IMG/VR virus record: IMGVR_UViG_3300031952_000001
Location: 62,001 to 126,000 of that record
Strand: one strand, 5' to 3'
Length of the DNA stretch: 64,000 bases
The translations under genes were made by a program, and so were the position numbers. Below, in pieces: positions 38,943 through 46,871 of this stretch (position 1 is the first letter of the stretch; each line of letters opens with the position of its first letter). Below the pieces are notes generated by a model that saw nothing but the letters and a program-made list of their open reading frames with translations, had not been told where the DNA came from and made no database searches.

Positions 38943-39260
38943 ATGAAGATGCACAGAGGCGTTTCGGACGAGGGGCTGAGAAGGGTTGCCCTGAGCCTCA
39001 CGGACGAACCCGCCTACATCCCGGACATCCAGCCCGACACCCGGGAGGAGGACTTCAGCGACATCCAGGAGGGCTTGGAGCGGTACGAAGAGTACCTGCG
39101 GGCCTCCTTGGCAGCGATCCAGACCATCGATTTCGAGGCTATCGAGGGGGCTGCGAACGGTTCGAACCCCAGGACGCTGACCGAAGCCATCAGGGCTCTC
39201 AGAGAGAGTTCTGAAGGGATGCAAGGTCTCCTGCACAACATCGACGTTTTCGGAGCCTAA
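38943..39260 (+). CDS. acidic protein with the shared leader
   Basis: MKMHRGVSDEGLRRVA. Confidence 0.7.
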   Translation: MKMHRGVSDEGLRRVALSLTDEPAYIPDIQPDTREEDFSDIQEGLERYEEYLRASLAAIQTIDFEAIEGAANGSNPRTLTEAIRALRESSEGMQGLLHNIDVFGA

Positions 39261-39275
39261 GATCTATCTAACCTC

Positions 39276-39304
39276 TTGACATCTCGCTCATCCAGCCCTA
39301 TATA
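39276..39304 (+). promoter_or_regulatory. promoter for the tmRNA/tRNA cluster
   Basis: TTGACA-N17-TATATA about 40 nt upstream of tmRNA. Confidence 0.55.
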
Positions 39305-39344
39305 GGTAGCTGCTCCGCTCATTGACAATTCGGTAGTCTATCAT

Positions 39345-39713
39345 GGGCCGGAAAGGTTTCGACAGCGGATGTGACGGTGTTCACTGCGTGTACCGCTTGT
39401 AAGTCAGCGGTTTAAAACGACTTTCAACAGACAAATGCCGATGCAGATGTCATCCCCTTCCCGAAGATGGCCGTTCCGTCGCTCCAGCGAGAGGCGGCTT
39501 AGGGAACGTCGGACGTGCGAGGTGCTCGTAACTCGCACGGCCGGCGCAATTCGAGACGAGCAACCCACGGTTTGACAGGTCGCACCGAGAAGCAGCCTGG
39601 ACCCTGGGAGTGCAGTCGTGCGGCACTCTCTGAGACCTTCAGCGCGACCACACACGTAACGAAGTGAACGCTCGACTCTACTGGACGGGGTTTCGATACC
39701 CCCCGGTCCACCA
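39345..39713 (+). ncRNA. ssrA: tmRNA (transfer-messenger RNA)
   Basis: 5' GGGCCGGAAAGGTTTCGAC; 3' GACGGGGTTTCGATACCCC-CCGGTCC-ACCA; acceptor stem with G3.U wobble; tag ORF 39437-39502 reads ADADVIPFPKMAVPSLQREAA*. Confidence 0.92.
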
Positions 39714-39733
39714 CTAATGTACAGAGGTGTGTA

Positions 39734-40105
39734 ATGTCCTATAAAAACGAAGACGAACAGAGAGCCTATCAGAAGGCATGGGTGAAGAAGCGCAGGGCCG
39801 ACTGGATCAGGTCTCATGGGTTGTGCTCGAAGTGCGGATCTTCTGAGAAGCTGAATGTCCATCATGTGGACAAGAAGCAGAAAGTGGACCACAAAGTGTG
39901 GTCGTGGAGTGAAGTTCGTCGTGAGGAGGAATTGAGCAAGTGCGTGGTTCTTTGCGTTGCATGTCATGCCCGCCTTCATGGAGACGAAGTTCCGGAACCA
40001 CCCCATGGCACGATGATTCGGTACAAGAGCAAACGGCATCCGTGCAGGTGTGTTCTCTGTAGAGAAGCCAATACAGCCTACGAGAGTGTTCGTAGACCTC
40101 GATGA
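39734..40105 (+). CDS. HNH endonuclease
   Basis: CSKC..NVHHVD..CVVLCVACHARLH; AT-richer DNA. Confidence 0.85.
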   Translation: MSYKNEDEQRAYQKAWVKKRRADWIRSHGLCSKCGSSEKLNVHHVDKKQKVDHKVWSWSEVRREEELSKCVVLCVACHARLHGDEVPEPPHGTMIRYKSKRHPCRCVLCREANTAYESVRRPR

Positions 40106-40192
40106 TTTCGTTGTTGGCAGCAGCAGGTCAAAGGCTCGGTAACGTCGTGCGCTCACAGGACGGGTCAAGAAGGGACGCACGGGACCAATCAT

Positions 40193-40264
40193 TGCGGGGT
40201 GGTCAAGTGGCAAGACACCAGGTTCATACCCTGGAGACCGTGGGTTCGAATCCCATCCCCGCTA
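40193..40264 (+). tRNA. tRNA-Met (CAT), 1:72 mismatch
   Basis: Anticodon arm CCAGG-TTCATAC-CCTGG; T arm GTGGG-TTCGAAT-CCCAT; CCA not encoded. Confidence 0.9.
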
Positions 40265-40267
40265 CTA

Positions 40268-40415
40268 GGCCGACCAGTCCGAGGGGTGAGGTTGTGCAGT
40301 TCCGTCTCACTGCACAGGGTGACCGGTTTCCGGGAACCCGTGGAAGAGGGGCTCTGGGTCCAGAGTGAACGGATGTGACCTGGGTATGCCGTGTAGGGCT
40401 GGTTGGCCTTTTTTT
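40268..40415 (+). ncRNA. unassigned structured RNA closed by a 13-bp stem and followed by a T-tract
   Basis: GGCCGACCAGTCC (40268-40280) pairs with GGGCTGGTTGGCC (40396-40408); three internal hairpins. Confidence 0.55.
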
Positions 40416-40433
40416 AATACCGAGGTGATTGTC

Positions 40434-41045
40434 ATGGTGCATTCTCTACGAGAACAGGCCGTCACCCTTCGAGAGAAGGGTCTTTCTTATTCCGAGATAA
40501 GAGATCGTCTAGGCATCGCAAGAAGTACCCTTAGCTACATGCTGAAAGATATTGTTCTTACGGAAAAACAGAAGAAACGATTAGAAAAGAAGAAGAAAGA
40601 CGGACAGAAAGTTTTGCGGGCTTGGTCCGAGACTCAACCTCCAGAGGTCCTAGCAGCTGTTAGCTCCCGTGGAGGGAAAGTGTGCCAGGAGCGTCATTCG
40701 GAGGCTCTTCGTAAGCACTTGTCCTTGGGTTGGAAGGCTGCCATGCTGACTTATCGAAAGGATGAGCTGCCTATTAAAATTTCTTTAGAAAAAATCTATA
40801 ATAGAGTTTTTTCCAAAGAACTGATAGGTAGGCGGGCCATAGACTTCGCATGTAAAGATCTTCTTATAGAACACACATCAGACCCCACCCACGGAGTGTT
40901 TGATCTCGTTAGGAGGTTTGAAGACGTTGTTTCTGATCCTCGCAAGAAGATAGCCTATCTGGATGTTTCCAAAATAGGTCCTTCTACTAGGAAACGGTTG
41001 GAGAACCTCGGCGTCCTGGTTTTAGATTTTCGGGCACTGGCCTAA
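40434..41045 (+). CDS. HTH plus PD-(D/E)xK-like putative homing endonuclease
   Basis: LREKGLSYSEIRDRLGIARSTLS; IDFACKDLLIE; AT-rich; stop codon lies inside tRNA-Pro. Confidence 0.5.
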   Translation: MVHSLREQAVTLREKGLSYSEIRDRLGIARSTLSYMLKDIVLTEKQKKRLEKKKKDGQKVLRAWSETQPPEVLAAVSSRGGKVCQERHSEALRKHLSLGWKAAMLTYRKDELPIKISLEKIYNRVFSKELIGRRAIDFACKDLLIEHTSDPTHGVFDLVRRFEDVVSDPRKKIAYLDVSKIGPSTRKRLENLGVLVLDFRALA

Positions 41046-41104
41046 CCTGGTAAGGCACATGCTTTGGGTGCATGGGATTCAGGGTTCAAATCCCTGGTGT
41101 CCGA
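41031..41104 (+). tRNA. tRNA-Pro (TGG)
   Basis: Acceptor CGGGCAC/GTGTCCG; anticodon arm CATGC-TTTGGGT-GCATG; T arm CAGGG-TTCAAAT-CCCTG. Confidence 0.93.
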
Positions 41105-41136
41105 CCCAAATGATCTCAAACCGCTCATTTTCCCTC

Positions 41137-41164
41137 TTGACAACCTCCCTCTAGTGGATAGACT
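41137..41164 (+). promoter_or_regulatory. early-type promoter
   Basis: TTGACA-N16-TAGACT. Confidence 0.65.
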
Positions 41165-41185
41165 GTGCCCGAGTAGGAGGTCCTC

Positions 41186-41416
41186 ATGAAGAACTTCGTC
41201 GTGGTGGTGTGGGCCTTTGGGAGCGGAGCGAAGGTGAAGTTCCACTTCATCTCCGAAGAGCACCCGGTCAAGGCCATCATCAAGGGCGTCGAGACGCCTG
41301 ACGTGTGGGACGACATGCTCGCGGAGTACCCCTGCACCGATGAGGGGCTGGAGCAGCTGATCTCGTACTACAGCGACGGCGATGTCATGGTGGCTGCGTC
41401 CGAGCTGCCGCACTGA
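41186..41416 (+). CDS. hypothetical protein
   Basis: SD AGGAGG. Confidence 0.7.
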   Translation: MKNFVVVVWAFGSGAKVKFHFISEEHPVKAIIKGVETPDVWDDMLAEYPCTDEGLEQLISYYSDGDVMVAASELPH

Positions 41417-41422
41417 GGGCTC

Positions 41423-41896
41423 ATGAGCTACGAAGGGTACATAGTCTACTACTGCGAGAACGGCCACAAGGTCGACATCAGGGACTGCTACGAAGGGGGC
41501 GACGAGGATCTTGTCTGTGAGGTCTGTGGATCGAAGGAGATGGTTAGGGACCACGTCGATCAGACGAACGGCTGCTGCTGCTCGCAGATTCCCGAGAAGT
41601 TCCGTCCGTGTCCTTGCCACGAGAAGGACCTGAAGCAGCTCGGGTGGGACTCGTTCGAGTGCAACTACTGCAAAGGGGGTGGTATTGCAGAGCGCATCAT
41701 TCACTACTACCCTGAGGACTGCGAGTGCAAGGGTGGGGATCCTGCGTGTCGCAAGTGCCACGGCACGGGGCAGAAGCACGAGCCCTCTACTTGGGATAAC
41801 ACTACGCACTGTACGCCTTGTAGGGGCACAGGGAAGCTCTGGGAAGAGCGTTACGACATCACCCCTCTGAGGAGAGGGAAGAAGGACACGAGGTAG
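41423..41896 (+). CDS. protein with DnaJ-type CxxCxGxG zinc-finger repeats
   Basis: CNYCKGGG, CRKCHGTG, CTPCRGTG. Confidence 0.65.
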   Translation: MSYEGYIVYYCENGHKVDIRDCYEGGDEDLVCEVCGSKEMVRDHVDQTNGCCCSQIPEKFRPCPCHEKDLKQLGWDSFECNYCKGGGIAERIIHYYPEDCECKGGDPACRKCHGTGQKHEPSTWDNTTHCTPCRGTGKLWEERYDITPLRRGKKDTR

Positions 41897-41899
41897 ACC

Positions 41900-42370
41900 A
41901 TGGAGAAGAATCAGCGTCAGTGCGACATCCTGAACACCCAGACGGGCAAGTGGGAGCCGGCGGAGTTCGAGGCCATCAAGAGGGGGTCGGTCTTCCGGCT
42001 GTTCGATCCCCCCGGTCCCGGGCGCGTCGAGTTCGGCGTTCCGAACCTCGCGCTCGCGGACGCCACGAAGACCTCCGAGGGGGTCGGCACCGTGAACTGC
42101 GAGCAGCTCAACTGGACGGGGGATGACTCCCCCACGCCTGTCGACTTCGCCACGGTCATCCGTGAGCTGAAGGCGTTCCCGGGGAAGAAGTTCCGCAGGG
42201 CCGGCTGGAACGGCAAGGGTATGTGGATCGCCCTCCAGAAGCCGGACGTGAACTCGAAGATGACCCTGCCGTACATCTTCATGAAGACCGCCCAAGGCGA
42301 TCTCGTTCCGTGGCTCGCCAGCCAGACGGACATGCTCGGAGAGGACTACGAAGAGGTCATCGAGCCCTAG
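41900..42370 (+). CDS. DUF2829 / Tad2-like anti-defence sponge domain fused to an unknown N-terminal domain
   Basis: DFATVI..GKKFRRAGWNGKGMWI..PYIFMKTAQGDLVPWLASQTDMLGEDY. Confidence 0.75.
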   Translation: MEKNQRQCDILNTQTGKWEPAEFEAIKRGSVFRLFDPPGPGRVEFGVPNLALADATKTSEGVGTVNCEQLNWTGDDSPTPVDFATVIRELKAFPGKKFRRAGWNGKGMWIALQKPDVNSKMTLPYIFMKTAQGDLVPWLASQTDMLGEDYEEVIEP

Positions 42371-42423
42371 AGATCTTGTGATAGGATCTCCCTCACCATT
42401 CTCTGCCCAAAGGGAGGCATCCA

Positions 42424-43146
42424 ATGCGTCTCATACACGTCAGCGATCTGCACATCAAGGCCCTCCCGAGGGAGAACAAGGCGGTCCGCGAAAAGCTGCA
42501 CGGGGCTCTAAAGCTCGTCGGCTCGACCGATAAGCTCGTCATCACGGGCGACATCACCGACGATGGCTTGGAGAGCCAGTACGCACAAGCCTTGGAGATG
42601 CTCCTGCCGTTCAAGGGGCGCATCGTCATGTGCCCGGGGAACCACGACTACGGTCTCCTGGGCTCCTTCTTCGATGTCAAGTCCGCGAGGCGCTGGTACC
42701 GGCTCTGCGAGGATCTGGAGGTCCACGACCTCACCGAGCTGAAGGTCGACGGGTTCGTGGTCGGGCAGATCCTGGCTCTGGACACTTGTCTGGGTCACGG
42801 AAGCATCATCGATTTCTCCCAGGGCCGGGTTGGGTTCTGGCAGCGGCGTGAGCTGAAGAAGTTCCTCGCGCGGACGTACAAGAGCCGGATGGTCAGCATC
42901 GTCATCATGCACCACACTCCCTTCTACGCGGAGTGGTTCTGCCGTCTCCAGGACGCCAAGAAGTTCTTCGATACGGTGCTCGGCCAGGCGGACTACGTCC
43001 TGATGGGTCACGAGCACAAGGAGAAGCGATCCCACTACCCGATGAAGGAGCCCGAGGAGAGAGCCATCACGCAGTTCTACTGTGCAGGTGCCTTGTTCCA
43101 GGACAAGACCAGCCCCACCATCATCCATCTGCACGACGCTCGATGA
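42424..43146 (+). CDS. calcineurin-like metallophosphoesterase (CpdA/Icc-like)
   Basis: SDLH, TGDITD, PGNHD, MHH, GHEH. Confidence 0.85.
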   Translation: MRLIHVSDLHIKALPRENKAVREKLHGALKLVGSTDKLVITGDITDDGLESQYAQALEMLLPFKGRIVMCPGNHDYGLLGSFFDVKSARRWYRLCEDLEVHDLTELKVDGFVVGQILALDTCLGHGSIIDFSQGRVGFWQRRELKKFLARTYKSRMVSIVIMHHTPFYAEWFCRLQDAKKFFDTVLGQADYVLMGHEHKEKRSHYPMKEPEERAITQFYCAGALFQDKTSPTIIHLHDAR

Positions 43147-43153
43147 TTGCCTC

Positions 43154-43181
43154 TTGACTTTCCCCCAGGCATACCTATAGT
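43154..43181 (+). promoter_or_regulatory. early-type promoter
   Basis: TTGACT-N16-TATAGT. Confidence 0.7.
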
Positions 43182-43224
43182 GTGAAACCTAGCTGCGTAT
43201 AGCTACAACATCCGGAGGGACGAG

Positions 43225-43800
43225 ATGAACGAGAAGACGGGGAAGACCGAGAAGGCCGAAGAGAAGGTGATCGCTGCCAAGTCCGAGGGCTCGCCCAAGG
43301 CTACCCTGGGGGATGTCGCGGAGGTGGTGCCGCTGAAGCATCTGGAGGCAGAGAAAGATCTGCACGCGATCACTCTCAACCTCTTGAAGAAGGCCGAGAC
43401 CGAGCTGGCGGCGGCGAAGTCCATCGTGTCCGACCGGGACGAGGTGATCAAGGCTCACGACAAGATCTTTCGCGAAGTCGAAGACATCCGCAACCTGGCG
43501 GTCAAGGAGACCTGCGAGGCGAAGAGCAAGCTCGTGGTCGCCAACAAGGTCATCGAGAGCCTGAAGACGGACATTGAGAACCTCAAGCTCGACGTGGAGA
43601 GGAGGAGGAGCAAGGTCAAGCTGGCTACGGCGATGGCGGTGGAGTACCGGAGAGAGTCCGCGAAGCTGCACGCCCGGCTCACCTCCGAGGGCATCCCGCT
43701 GGAGCCGCTGTCCGAGGAGCCCGTTCTCGACGAGGAGGAGTACCCCGTCGAGGAGGGCACGATGCCGGTGCTAGAGGCCCAGGTAGTCGTGCCCGAGTAG
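43225..43800 (+). CDS. coiled-coil protein
   Basis: Heptad-rich K/E sequence. Confidence 0.7.
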   Translation: MNEKTGKTEKAEEKVIAAKSEGSPKATLGDVAEVVPLKHLEAEKDLHAITLNLLKKAETELAAAKSIVSDRDEVIKAHDKIFREVEDIRNLAVKETCEAKSKLVVANKVIESLKTDIENLKLDVERRRSKVKLATAMAVEYRRESAKLHARLTSEGIPLEPLSEEPVLDEEEYPVEEGTMPVLEAQVVVPE

Positions 43801-43803
43801 CCG

Positions 43804-44037
43804 GTGATCCACCTCAAGGAACAGCTCTCCCCGAAGAAGGGTGGCGAGGACTCCTGGATCTGCGGCCGGTGCTTCTTCTGCGGGGCCCCAACACGCTACT
43901 GGCACGAGAAGACCTCGACCCCGGTGTGCCTGCCATGTGGCAATAAGCGCCTCGTGGTGGAGCTGCCAGAGCCCTCAGAACCGATCCAGAGGTTGAAGCC
44001 GCAGGAGCGGCTCAAGGAGCGTCGAAAGACCTCTTGA
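43804..44037 (+). CDS. small zinc-finger protein
   Basis: CFFC ... CLPC. Confidence 0.5.
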   Translation: MIHLKEQLSPKKGGEDSWICGRCFFCGAPTRYWHEKTSTPVCLPCGNKRLVVELPEPSEPIQRLKPQERLKERRKTS

Positions 44038-44061
44038 CTTCTCAACAGGGCTGGCTATAGT
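44034..44061 (+). promoter_or_regulatory. early-type promoter
   Basis: TTGACT-N16-TATAGT. Confidence 0.7.
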
Positions 44062-44083
44062 TCGGAGAGAGCATGGAGGAATC

Positions 44084-44362
44084 ATGACGACCAAGTACGA
44101 GGAGGCGCAGAAGCGCGTCACCGAGAAGAACCCTTGCGGGCTGACTCTGAGGCAGCGTCTGAAGGTTTGGTTCTGGGGGACGCGAGTGGGTGTTGCCCTC
44201 CATGCTCTGATGGGCAGGCCCACGGCGTACAAGCTGACCGTTCAAGGCACCTTGTGCCTCAAGTCGAACTCTTTGATAGTAGGCTGTAGGATCTACCCTC
44301 CGCTAGACCTCCCGAGGCTGATCGGCCCTACTTCGGAGTGCATGGAGCTTCGCCGTGGCTGA
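44084..44362 (+). CDS. hypothetical protein
   Basis: SD GGAG downstream of the promoter. Confidence 0.6.
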   Translation: MTTKYEEAQKRVTEKNPCGLTLRQRLKVWFWGTRVGVALHALMGRPTAYKLTVQGTLCLKSNSLIVGCRIYPPLDLPRLIGPTSECMELRRG

Positions 44363-44771
44363 GGTGTGCCCACTCTGCGGGGAGAACCTGGAGCCTGGGG
44401 GTGCAGCTCGCCGGGCTGGATGGAAGGTCTGCACCCACCACCGCATTCTGATCATGGCTTCGAAGTACGAGACCCGGTGCAACGAGTGCATGGGCCGGAT
44501 CATGCTGGGCGAGGAGATCCTGCTCTGGAAGGATGGCGAGGGTGGGAGCTGGGTGGTGCTGCACAAGAAGGAGCGCTGCAAAGGCGCAGTGAACTTCGTG
44601 GAGAACGCCCCTGCCGGTCCCTGGGCCACGCTGTACCTGGTTCCAGGAGCACCGACCGAGGTCGTGAAGGCGGCCTACCGTGCGCTGGCGCAGAAGTACC
44701 ATCCCGACCACGGAGGAGACACAGCCAAGATGCAGGCGCTCAATGCGGCGATGGGGAAGCTGGTGAAGTAG
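44355..44771 (+). CDS. zinc-finger plus C-terminal J-domain protein
   Basis: CPLC/CNEC; LYLVPGAPTEVVKAAYRALAQKYHPDHGG (HPD motif). Confidence 0.8.
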   Translation: MAEVCPLCGENLEPGGAARRAGWKVCTHHRILIMASKYETRCNECMGRIMLGEEILLWKDGEGGSWVVLHKKERCKGAVNFVENAPAGPWATLYLVPGAPTEVVKAAYRALAQKYHPDHGGDTAKMQALNAAMGKLVK

Positions 44772-44987
44772 ATGGACAAGCCGAAGACCCAGGTCGAGGA
44801 AGCCAAGGAGCAGATCAATGCGCTCGTGCACGAAGCACTCGGTCTCGATCCTGCTTTGAATCCCTACGCAGAGGTGGGTAAGGTTTTGGCTGACAACTAC
44901 ATCGCTCGGCGGGATGCGTATCGGAAGTTCCAGGAAGATCTGCACAAGATTTTCAATAAGATGGGGATCCCCGAGGAGAAGAAGTAG
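44772..44987 (+). CDS. hypothetical protein
   Basis: Operon-coupled ORF. Confidence 0.6.
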   Translation: MDKPKTQVEEAKEQINALVHEALGLDPALNPYAEVGKVLADNYIARRDAYRKFQEDLHKIFNKMGIPEEKK

Positions 44988-45416
44988 ATGTCGATCATCT
45001 GGGTATTCACTATCGCGTGCATCATCCTCTTCGGTGGAGGCTTCATCTGGGGCTTTGTCGTGCGTGGTTGGGAGGTGAAGAAGCTGGAGAAGAAGTACGA
45101 TGACTACTTCCAGCTCTCCATTGCGCGCATGTGTGATACCGACGATGAACTGCATTGCTACCGTGAGGACGCCGTTCGACTCTGGAACGAGGTCATCAAG
45201 TACGACAAGACCATCCCGTCGAGAGGACAGGTCTGGATCGACAAGGCGACGTCACGAAGCGGCAGGCCGCGTTCACAGGTGGAAGTCATTTGCGCGTTAC
45301 TGGATTGGATGAGAGAGGGAGTGGACGAATACGTTTGTTCCGAGCCAAGGTATATTGGCTCAATTCCTCCGAGGGTTGAGCTACCCTGTACACCTAAAAA
45401 GAAGGAGGCGAAATGA
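44988..45416 (+). CDS. membrane-anchored hypothetical protein
   Basis: N-terminal transmembrane helix. Confidence 0.6.
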   Translation: MSIIWVFTIACIILFGGGFIWGFVVRGWEVKKLEKKYDDYFQLSIARMCDTDDELHCYREDAVRLWNEVIKYDKTIPSRGQVWIDKATSRSGRPRSQVEVICALLDWMREGVDEYVCSEPRYIGSIPPRVELPCTPKKKEAK

Positions 45417-45697
45417 AGCCGTACACCTGGAAAAAGATCGCAGAGGCGTCGAAGGCGGAGAAGAAGCTCATCGTCGAAACGTACGGGTTGCTCGGGGCGG
45501 TCGCCATCGAGCTATCTCATGCGATGACTGGCGCTTTGCTGGTGGACAGCATGACGGCTTGCGCGGTTCACAAGCATCTTCGCCTCTGCGGACTCTGTGT
45601 ATTCGAAACTCAGAGTTGCGACTATGAAGGCGCGAGGAAGAACAACTGGATCAAGTGGTACGCCGAGCTGCACAAGGCCTCCAGGAAGAAGAAGTGA
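45413..45697 (+). CDS. hypothetical protein
   Basis: ATGA overlap. Confidence 0.6.
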   Translation: MKPYTWKKIAEASKAEKKLIVETYGLLGAVAIELSHAMTGALLVDSMTACAVHKHLRLCGLCVFETQSCDYEGARKNNWIKWYAELHKASRKKK

Positions 45698-46494
45698 GCA
45701 CCGACCGGCGCAAAGCCCTGATCGAGAAGATCCGCCTCCTCTTCAACAGAGCGGAGCGCGCGGTCATCGATGCAGACGACCCAGCTTCCGTAGACCATGA
45801 AGCTCAGCTCGCGCTGGAGACGGCGCGTCGGCTGATGCTCCAACACGGCATCGAGGAGTCGGAGCTGGAGGGTACCACCGTCCGTCGAGGAACCCCTGCC
45901 GAAGGCAGCGCTTTGACGGTTACATTGTCAATGTCCAAGCCGGCGAAGTGGGTGCTGTCCCTGGCGGTCGTCATCGCGGACTACTTCTCATGCAAGGCGA
46001 TCTACATCCCAGCCACGAAGAAGCTGAAGGGTGAGATCATCTTCTGCGGTGTCAACATAGGCATCGAGGCCTCCGCGTATGCCTTCGACTCCGTCCTGAA
46101 CCAGATCCGGGTGCTCTCCAAGAAGTACAAAGTGGACAATCGGAGTTGGGAATACTCTAGGCTCCTGCAACTCCGCTTCCGCACCTGGGAGGAGTACAGG
46201 GCCAAGGCCAAGTCCGAATACTGCTTCGGCATCGTGGTGGGGCTCAACGCTCGGCTGGAGGAACTGCGAAAGCAGGAAGCCGCTACTCCCGAGGACGCGC
46301 CCACCACGGCGTTGGCGATCTCGTACTCGACGGTCGCGGATGAGATCGCGCTGATGGTTGATCCCGATCTGTCGGAGTTACTACCTCCACCTCCGATGTG
46401 GACGGGGAACAAGCACCTCCAGGCCGGGATAGAAGACTCGAAGGATGTCCATATCACCCGGGGGCTCGGGGCTCCTGAGGAGGAGACCAAGTGA
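45694..46494 (+). CDS. DUF2786-like domain protein
   Basis: LIEKIRLL..HEAQLALETARRLMLQHGI. Confidence 0.65.
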   Translation: MSTDRRKALIEKIRLLFNRAERAVIDADDPASVDHEAQLALETARRLMLQHGIEESELEGTTVRRGTPAEGSALTVTLSMSKPAKWVLSLAVVIADYFSCKAIYIPATKKLKGEIIFCGVNIGIEASAYAFDSVLNQIRVLSKKYKVDNRSWEYSRLLQLRFRTWEEYRAKAKSEYCFGIVVGLNARLEELRKQEAATPEDAPTTALAISYSTVADEIALMVDPDLSELLPPPPMWTGNKHLQAGIEDSKDVHITRGLGAPEEETK

Positions 46495-46871
46495 AGTTCC
46501 GAGTCCTCAAGCCGGTGGCCTCCGAGTGGGTCGAGTCCGAGGGATCCGTCGAGGACGCCATCCAAGGCCATCATGCAGACGCTCCGGAGAACTTCGCTCA
46601 CGGTGACGGCAGCACGTACCGGATTTATCTCTCCGAGGAAGAGAGCACTGAGGATGTTCGCGAGATCATGAGCTTGAGGCTCTACGAGACCGAGGACGGG
46701 CAGAAGCTCATCTCGACCATCTACCACACAGGGATCTTCCGACAGGGTGGTTTCAAGGACAAGCCTCTAAGAGACCGTACCATTCAGAAGATCTGTGAGG
46801 AGTTGGGTACGACACGAGAGAAGCTGTTCGCTCGTAACCCTGGAGAAGAAAAATACAGGTGGTCGAAATGA
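46491..46871 (+). CDS. hypothetical protein
   Basis: GTGA overlap. Confidence 0.6.
   Translation: MKFRVLKPVASEWVESEGSVEDAIQGHHADAPENFAHGDGSTYRIYLSEEESTEDVREIMSLRLYETEDGQKLISTIYHTGIFRQGGFKDKPLRDRTIQKICEELGTTREKLFARNPGEEKYRWSK

Noticed and set aside
40106-40192. Extra tRNA, tRNA-Sec or SRP RNA between the HNH gene and tRNA-Met
   Set aside because: A CGTGCG/CGCACG stem is present, but there is no T-loop, no cloverleaf and no SRP domain IV motif.
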